The translations under genes were made by a program, and so were the position numbers. A stretch of DNA of 20,000 nucleotides from an uncultured virus (IMG/VR IMGVR_UViG_3300028454_001266) (taxonomy: Duplodnaviria; Heunggongvirae; Uroviricota; Caudoviricetes), in IMG/VR virus record IMGVR_UViG_3300028454_001266; one strand, given 5' to 3'. Below the pieces are notes generated by a model, which made no database searches, was not told the DNA's origin, and saw only the letters and a program-made list of their open reading frames with translations. Below are positions 14,347-20,000 of this stretch, piece after piece; the first letter of the stretch is position 1; every line of letters begins with the position of its first letter.

Positions 14347-15415
14347 TGTGCTGACCTCCTTCCAGAACCCGTGGCGGGCCACGGTAGATACCTTCCTCCA
14401 GATTACACTTACCCCAGACTAAGGAGCTGTAGAAGATTAAAGGCGTCGACCTTGCAAAAAAAGAGGAGCCGACAGGCCGGAACACCTGAATTCTAAGCGA
14501 TTTTCCGCCCTCGAAGACGGCTTCGCGCTTTGGGACGCTGGTTTGCACGTTGAGATCCAGACCTTTACTGCCGTCGAAAGGTTCGACTGCCTGCGCGATT
14601 CCGAGGATTTCACCGATCCTCTGGAGATTGAGTTTCTCACAGTCTTCGCCATAGAGCATCTCGCGATAGCGGCACGGCGAGAGCACGGAGCCCTTGGAGC
14701 TGGAGAAACTGACTCGGCTGATGACGCCGAACTCCTCCAGCCGCAGAACGAAGCGCCCCACGCGGGACTTTGACCATCCCCAGCGGCGCGCCAAGTAGGA
14801 GTAGGAGAGCAAGGGCTTTCCGTTCATGTTTGTGTAGTAGACGACCGGCATGTACTCGGAGCCTTGCACGGTATCGTCGTTTACGATGGTGTGGAGCCAT
14901 AAATCCATAATGGCGTCAAGCTCGCTGAAGACGATCTGCCCGGACTTCCGGCTGGCCGCCAGAAGCCTGCGACCGGTAGGCAACGGAAAAAAGAAGAATC
15001 CGGTGCCTTTGTAGCTGTAGTAGTTGTATTCGAGGAAGGTGCAGTGCTTCTTCCAGCCGGCAATTGTGAATCGAAGTACCTCCGCATCCTCATCAAGCAT
15101 TTCGTAATCAAGGAAGCCGGCATCCTTGAAGTAGTCCATGATCTCCAGCGCGTGCGCCTTCGAGTGCGCCCGGAGGATACGCGGCAGAGCCGAGAGCTTG
15201 CAGATCCACTGCCCGGGGCCCTCCCGATAGATCTTACCGGCTACCCGCCTCGTGTTCGAGCGGAAGCAGGCGTAGGAATAGAGCGCCATGAGGCTGAAGA
15301 GATGCAAGGTTCCTTCATTACGAAAGTCTTTGTGATCGTTGAAGTACCGGAACCAAGCCTTCTGCACACGGACTTTGGGAAACGTAACCAATTGCATTTT
15401 CTGTGTACAGGCCAC
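14303..15415 (-). CDS. Protein with two tandem phage replisome-organiser-like wHTH domains (putative Rep/DNA-binding)
   Basis: Domain 1 'LMALYSYA...GPGQWICKLSAL...YFKDAGFL'; domain 2 'SELDAIMDLWLH...SYSYLARRWGWSKSRVGRFVLRLEEFGVI'. GTG start behind AAAGGGGG. Confidence 0.8.
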   Translation of the reverse strand: MACTQKMQLVTFPKVRVQKAWFRYFNDHKDFRNEGTLHLFSLMALYSYACFRSNTRRVAGKIYREGPGQWICKLSALPRILRAHSKAHALEIMDYFKDAGFLDYEMLDEDAEVLRFTIAGWKKHCTFLEYNYYSYKGTGFFFFPLPTGRRLLAASRKSGQIVFSELDAIMDLWLHTIVNDDTVQGSEYMPVVYYTNMNGKPLLSYSYLARRWGWSKSRVGRFVLRLEEFGVISRVSFSSSKGSVLSPCRYREMLYGEDCEKLNLQRIGEILGIAQAVEPFDGSKGLDLNVQTSVPKREAVFEGGKSLRIQVFRPVGSSFFARSTPLIFYSSLVWGKCNLEEGIYRGPPRVLEGGQHNASSKEAQPSGNSA

Positions 15416-15898
15416 GATGGGACCCCCTTTCTATACATTTATATAAAACGTCGGTCTCAAGCCCCTTGGTCTGGAGGTCATAGGCATCTCTGCCTCTTCC
15501 CATGCTGGTGGGTGAGCCGCCCCTCGGTGTGTGGCCTAGCCGGGCGGAAGTATCATTGTTTTCCCATGCCGTCATCGCTGTGGGCTTGTCCTCGACCCGT
15601 TTCACCTGGTGCTGTGGCTCGGGCATGGTAATGTTCTTGAGACCGTATTCGGTTTTCAAGGTACTCTGCAAGGGTATTTGCGGTGGTTTGAGAGACCTTG
15701 AAATCGCCGAATCGTAAAACTCCAGAAAAAAGCCTCTCATTTAATAGCCATTTGAAAGGCCAAAAAGTAAGTCTCCTCAGAAAAAAATTTTTGCCCGGTT
15801 CCTGCAATGACGCAGAAATCGGGCATTTTTGCTGTTCTGGTTGTTCCTTTCCGCTGTCCGCCGTAAGAAGTAACAGACACAGGCGAGGAGGTCACGAT

Positions 15899-17086
15899 AT
15901 GAAAAAGACCGAGGAATATAAGTTCTACCCATCCAAGGGGGTGTATCGGAAACGTGAGAAAGGCATCAACGGCGGGAAGGCAGTCTATGCGAAGACGCCG
16001 GAGGAACTGGAGGCAAAGCTGACCGAATTGCGAGCCGAGGCTGCCGCGACAGCTGAGAAGCTGAGCAATCCCACTGTCCAGACATACGCGGAATACTGGC
16101 TCTCACTCCATGCGCAGTATGTGCAGAAGCAGACTGTGGCGGATTACGACTCCATCATGCGACACTACATCTTCCCAGTGATCGGGAGCCTTCGGATGGG
16201 TGAGGTGACTTCTGATGATGTCCTTCTCGCGCTCAGCAGTGCGTCGGGCAGGTCGAAAATCGTCTATGACAAGACGAATATGATTCTGAAGATGGTATTT
16301 GGTTCAGCTGAGGAGGCCCATGTCATTGAGGATAACCCGTGTCCCAAGTACAAGGCTTCGGGCAAGGAGGGAAAGGAGAAAAAAGTGCTTACAGATGAAC
16401 AGATTGACATCCTTCTGGATGCCGTAGCCGGCACTTCGGCGGATACGTTCGTGAGAATCGCCGTATATACCGGCATGCGCATGGGTGAGATCCTCGCACT
16501 GCAATGGGATCGGGTCTTCCTGGATGAGCTTGCCCCGTATATCCGCGTGGATCGCTCGATGCGCTGGGAGCATTGCCGCCCTGTCGTATCGGATCTGGTC
16601 AAGTCAGAAGCGGGTGAACGTAGCATTCCGATTCCAAAGCAGCTCTATGAGTACCTGACACAGCTGAAAAAGGACTCGACCTCGAAGTTCCTGATCCATA
16701 ACACGAGCAATGAGGCGTTGACGAAAAACCAGTTCAAGAATCTGTGGCATGTGGTCGTATGCCGATCCACGAAAGAACGCGAGTACACGAAATACTACCC
16801 GGACGGAACCAAGAAGCGTGTTCACGTGAAGCCAAAGCTCGGGGATCGAGTGCCGCAGCGGAAGTTCTGTGTGACGATTGACTTCGACGTGCATCCGCAT
16901 ATGCTGCGCCGCACCTATATCACAAAGCTGATTGCGGCGCGCGTAGATCCCAAGACCGTGCAGTATCTTGCAGGGCATAAGCACTCCAAGACCACAATGG
17001 ACGTGTACGCGCAGGTTATGTACAACACACCTGACGCAACTATGCCCATGGTTCAGAAAGCTTTTTCGGAGGAAAAGAGGGCTTAA
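15899..17086 (+). CDS. Tyrosine recombinase/integrase 1 (395 aa)
   Basis: GAGGAGG RBS; catalytic residues R (TGMRMGE), K (VKS), HMLRRTY, LAGH, MDVY; N-terminal arm-binding and SAM-like core-binding regions. Confidence 0.96.
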   Translation: MKKTEEYKFYPSKGVYRKREKGINGGKAVYAKTPEELEAKLTELRAEAAATAEKLSNPTVQTYAEYWLSLHAQYVQKQTVADYDSIMRHYIFPVIGSLRMGEVTSDDVLLALSSASGRSKIVYDKTNMILKMVFGSAEEAHVIEDNPCPKYKASGKEGKEKKVLTDEQIDILLDAVAGTSADTFVRIAVYTGMRMGEILALQWDRVFLDELAPYIRVDRSMRWEHCRPVVSDLVKSEAGERSIPIPKQLYEYLTQLKKDSTSKFLIHNTSNEALTKNQFKNLWHVVVCRSTKEREYTKYYPDGTKKRVHVKPKLGDRVPQRKFCVTIDFDVHPHMLRRTYITKLIAARVDPKTVQYLAGHKHSKTTMDVYAQVMYNTPDATMPMVQKAFSEEKRA

Positions 17087-17087
17087 A

Positions 17088-18308
17088 ATGAGGCAAAGAG
17101 AGAAATACAAGTATGCGCCACACCTGAAGCGCTACAGGAAGCGGATCTCGGATCTCAATGACGGAAAGCCAATTTATGGCAAGACACCTGAGGAACTTGA
17201 GGAGAAGATCGAGAGGCTGCGACGCGAAGCAGCTCAGGGCCTGGATCAGAAAAACAACCCCACTGTGGTGGAGTACATCTACAAGTGGTTTGAGCTTCAT
17301 AAGCAGTACATCCGGGAAAACACTGCTGTGGACTATCGCTCGGTCATCAACCAGAACATTCTCCCAGTCATCGGGGATAAGCTGATACGTGACATTACCA
17401 GCGATGACATCAAAGAAACACTGAAATCCGCCGAGAACAAGTCGCAATCCAACTTTAATAAGACGGATATGCTGCTTCGTATGATCTTCAACGCGGCGGT
17501 CGAGAGCCACGTCATTGCGAAGAACCCGTGCCCGAAGTACAGACAGGGCGGGATTCCGCCAAAGAGAAAGACCGCGCTGACGGACGAGCAGGTGGATATT
17601 CTTCTGGCGGCAGTTGAAGGCACTGTTGCCGATACGTTTGTCAGACTCGCTATCTATACCGGCATGCGGAGAGAAGAAATCTGCGCGCTCCAGTGGGACT
17701 GCGTGTTTCTGGACGAGCCCAGTCCCTATATAGAGGTCAAGCGTGCGGTCAGTTGGCTCCATAACCAGCCGGAGATTACCGAAGATCTGAAGACAAAGGC
17801 AGCATATCGCAACATCCCCATACCGACGCAGCTTCTGGACTACCTGGAAAAACTGAAACGGACGGCAAAAAGTGATTTTGTCGTTTGCAACAGAGACGGC
17901 GTGTGCCTGTCCGGGACTCAATACAAAAATATGTGGCATGCGGTGGTGTGCCGAAGCACACGGGAGCGGACATACACGCAGTACCTGCCCGGAGGCATCC
18001 GAAAAACCCGTGAGATCAAGCCAAAGCTCGGCGAGAAGGTGAAGGGACACGATTTCCGCTATACCATTGATTTCTATGTGCATCCGCATATGCTCCGACG
18101 CACCTACATCACACGCCTGATCCTCTCCGGCGCTGACCCCAAGACGGTTCAGTATCTCGCGGGGCACAAGAACTCCAAGGTCACGATGGACATTTATGCC
18201 CAGGTCATGTACAACACGCCTAAGGACACCATGGCAAAGGTGCAGTCGGCGTTCCCAGTGCAGAAAAAGAAGAAAGCATCAGAAGAGGACGCAAAATATG
18301 GAGATTGA
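17088..18308 (+). CDS. Tyrosine recombinase/integrase 2 (406 aa), paralogue of integrase 1
   Basis: TGMRREE, LKT, HMLRRTY, LAGH, MDIY; starts 1 nt after the integrase 1 stop. Confidence 0.96.
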   Translation: MRQREKYKYAPHLKRYRKRISDLNDGKPIYGKTPEELEEKIERLRREAAQGLDQKNNPTVVEYIYKWFELHKQYIRENTAVDYRSVINQNILPVIGDKLIRDITSDDIKETLKSAENKSQSNFNKTDMLLRMIFNAAVESHVIAKNPCPKYRQGGIPPKRKTALTDEQVDILLAAVEGTVADTFVRLAIYTGMRREEICALQWDCVFLDEPSPYIEVKRAVSWLHNQPEITEDLKTKAAYRNIPIPTQLLDYLEKLKRTAKSDFVVCNRDGVCLSGTQYKNMWHAVVCRSTRERTYTQYLPGGIRKTREIKPKLGEKVKGHDFRYTIDFYVHPHMLRRTYITRLILSGADPKTVQYLAGHKNSKVTMDIYAQVMYNTPKDTMAKVQSAFPVQKKKKASEEDAKYGD

Positions 18309-18816
18309 CGTGTCCCAGATCGGTTTTAATCAGCTTCGGCTGCGTTATTACGTTGGACGGTGCCATTCCAGATTCTCTGGGCGGTACAAGGAATTCACAT
18401 ATATAAATTGTGCGCAGACGGATCTTGGGGAGATTGAGCTGCCCGCATGGAGGAAACTCGCGCAGCAGATGATTGAGTACCACCACGAGGAGCAGCTTCA
18501 GGAACAGCTCCTTGAGTGGGTGTCCGAGCACAACTACTGCGGTGACAGCAAACCTAAGCTCTTGCAGGAGAGCCTGGAGCTGCATATGTCGCGCATCTTC
18601 GATAATCCGAACTGGGTGGGCTTCGTGTCGTTCAATCAGAGGTATCGGCCGGACATACTGAGGCAAACCGAGCTGAGCTGGGTGGAGGCAGACTGCTGTA
18701 AGATGCCGGGACTGACGACTGCCGCGCAGGTCGCAGGTTCCAAAAAGCGGGATGGCGTCATCTGTTGCCCGATTTGCGGGCGCTTTTCCAAATTCGTCAT
18801 ATGTAAAGCACAATAA
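18298..18816 (+). CDS. Hypothetical 172-aa protein with C-terminal Cys cluster (possible zinc ribbon)
   Basis: GAGGA RBS; 11-nt overlap with integrase 2; 'DCCK...CCPICG'; ends at the terminator. Confidence 0.75.
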   Translation: MEIDVSQIGFNQLRLRYYVGRCHSRFSGRYKEFTYINCAQTDLGEIELPAWRKLAQQMIEYHHEEQLQEQLLEWVSEHNYCGDSKPKLLQESLELHMSRIFDNPNWVGFVSFNQRYRPDILRQTELSWVEADCCKMPGLTTAAQVAGSKKRDGVICCPICGRFSKFVICKAQ

Positions 18817-18866
18817 ATGAAAAAAACGCTGGCAGACCCATTTTAGGCCTGCCAGCGTTTTTTCAT
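18817..18866. terminator. Bidirectional intrinsic terminator
   Basis: ATGAAAAAAACGCTGGCAG...CTGCCAGCGTTTTTTCAT between convergent genes. Confidence 0.92.
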
Positions 18867-18869
18867 AAA

Positions 18870-19475
18870 TCAGTTTTTGTTGTGACCAAAATCCTCCAGT
18901 CGAGACATCATAACCTTTTTCCAATAACTCTCCCGGTCATCAATATCATACTCATCCCAGCCGGTAATCGCTTCAAGCAGGGTAAACTTGTAGTATGGCT
19001 TCACATAGCCTTCAAAGCCATTGCTGTCCACAAGCCTTTTCAAATCGACATCTCCGCCGTGTCCGTCACGAATGTAGTCTCCCCATCTTTGCCATATCCC
19101 GTGCTCGCCATCGGCTTTTCCAACATATTTTTTCCCGCTTCTGGTATCCGTAATCATGTATATGCCTTTGATAGAAAGAGCATTTTTCCATGCTTGGTTG
19201 TCTTTTTTCATGATTGCTTCAAGATCATAGAATGAAATATCTATGTTCTTATAACCGGGAAACGGATGTGTTGAATACGGTTCTTCAAGCAGCGCTTTAA
19301 CTACCATCTGATCAAAATGGTTTTCAAGCTTAACCCTTGTGCCTCGATCTTTATATGTATACTTTATCTTCAGGCGTCCAATATACTGACTATAATCATC
19401 GACAAGTTCAATTTCATAAGGATGAGGCACTTTGCTCATGTCTCTTGAAACAATTCTCCAGATTGTTTTCGTCAA
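18870..19475 (-). pseudogene. GIY-YIG nuclease family gene, probably 5'-truncated
   Basis: 'KGIYMITD...KKYVG...GIWQRW..Y...GHGG...RESYWK...GHN' and 'FPGY'. AT-rich relative to the window; no RBS before the TTG; reading begins mid-domain at a GC shift. Confidence 0.7.
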
Positions 19476-19483
19476 GTATGAAG

Positions 19484-19733
19484 TACAGCAAAAGGCGGCG
19501 AAAAATCCAACACCTGTCAGCGCCGCGTATGTCTAGCACAGCCCGCCGGACTTGTAAAGGCTCGGCCTGAGAGGCCTTGCCTGCGGCAGCCTTGACAAGC
19601 CCAGCGTTCTGCGCAGTGTAGAGAGTAAGGGCGGCAGAGGCCGCCAAATGCTGTAACAGCGCCGTCGAACGCTGTAGGGGACGCCGCCATTTGCTGTATT
19701 GTCGGCGTTTCTGTTATGGCGGTCAATACAGCA
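19484..19733. repeat. Structured non-coding element bounded by 17-bp inverted repeats, with nested hairpins
   Basis: TACAGCAAAAGGCGGCG (19484-19500) vs CGCCGCCATTTGCTGTA (19682-19698), 16/17 match. Also CTTGTAAAGGCT/AGCCTTGACAAG (19551-19599), GGCGGC-AGAG-GCCGCC (19630-19645) and TGCTGTATTG/CAATACAGCA (19692-19733). Confidence 0.85.
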
Positions 19734-19745
19734 GCGGTCAGAATA

Positions 19746-20000
19746 TCATCCGGCGCTTTTCACTTCAGCCGGCATGACGAGATAGGGAAACGGGTTATTC
19801 GGATCATCCTCCACAACAGCCTCCTGCCGGAATTGCCGGTATTCCTCATCGAGCCCTTTCCAATGGATGAAGTCTGTCAGATAGCGCCATTCTTTCGAGT
19901 ACTCTCTGTTGGACTCTCGTACATAGCAAAGCTCGTCCGAGATTTCCTCCATAAGTGCGTCCAGTTCTTTTGGGGACATACGAGATTTTTTGTCAGCCAT
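19746..20000 (-). CDS. Small acidic hypothetical protein (start at window edge, may extend)
   Basis: 84 aa with protein-like composition, 'YLTDFIHWKGLDEEY...PFPYL'; upstream context not visible. Confidence 0.7.
   Translation of the reverse strand: MADKKSRMSPKELDALMEEISDELCYVRESNREYSKEWRYLTDFIHWKGLDEEYRQFRQEAVVEDDPNNPFPYLVMPAEVKSAG

Larger units (their letters stand above)
1..18308. mobile_element. Integrative conjugative element (Gram-positive T4SS module plus tandem tyrosine integrases); boundaries not visible, extends beyond position 1 and possibly past 18308
   Basis: Co-located VirB4, VirD4, VirB6-like, pilin-like and cell-wall peptidase genes, plus two intact tyrosine recombinases. Confidence 0.9.

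Noticed and set aside
15318..15740. 140-aa minus-strand ORF upstream of the rep-like gene
   Set aside because: No convincing RBS, no recognisable domain, and it overlaps the rep start and the repeat-rich region
15698..15898. N-terminal extension of integrase 1 in the ORF track (likewise 16968-17087 for integrase 2 and 18196-18297 for the Cys-rich ORF)
   Set aside because: RBS positions and paralogue alignment place the starts at 15899, 17088 and 18298
17040..18924. Minus-strand ORFs of 375 aa and 234 aa
   Set aside because: Antisense to integrase 2 and the Cys-rich gene; the second runs through a terminator
19414..19726. Short ORFs over the structured element
   Set aside because: No RBS, low-complexity Ala/Arg-rich translations; better explained as palindromic non-coding DNA
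18309..20000. att site or tRNA target downstream of the integrases
   Set aside because: No tRNA-like sequence or flanking direct repeat can be identified within this window

Overview
GC-rich, Clostridia-like (probably Oscillospiraceae-type) integrative conjugative element. On the minus strand, transcribed from ~15415 toward position 1, the genes are: phage-replisome-like double wHTH protein, ArpU/RinA-like activator, a repeat-flanked sigma70 promoter with a terminator-containing leader, VirB2-like pilin, a 36-aa membrane peptide, a VirB6-like protein split in two, a C39-family cysteine peptidase, a PrgI-VirB4 fusion, a wHTH protein, a RusA-like nuclease, a wHTH/Replic_Relax-like protein, VirD4, an S1-domain protein, a YbjN-like protein and a secreted protein. 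On the plus strand, two tandem paralogous tyrosine integrases and a Cys-rich ORF end at a bidirectional terminator. Beyond it lie an AT-rich, apparently 5'-truncated GIY-YIG nuclease and a highly structured inverted-repeat-bounded non-coding element. Main points of interest: (i) no recognisable HUH relaxase in the window, but a wHTH/RusA-like/Replic_Relax-like trio with its own iterated repeat clusters directly upstream of virD4; (ii) phage-like early/late control of a T4SS operon; (iii) several internal terminators suggesting antitermination. Family names come from motif recognition only; no database search was run.
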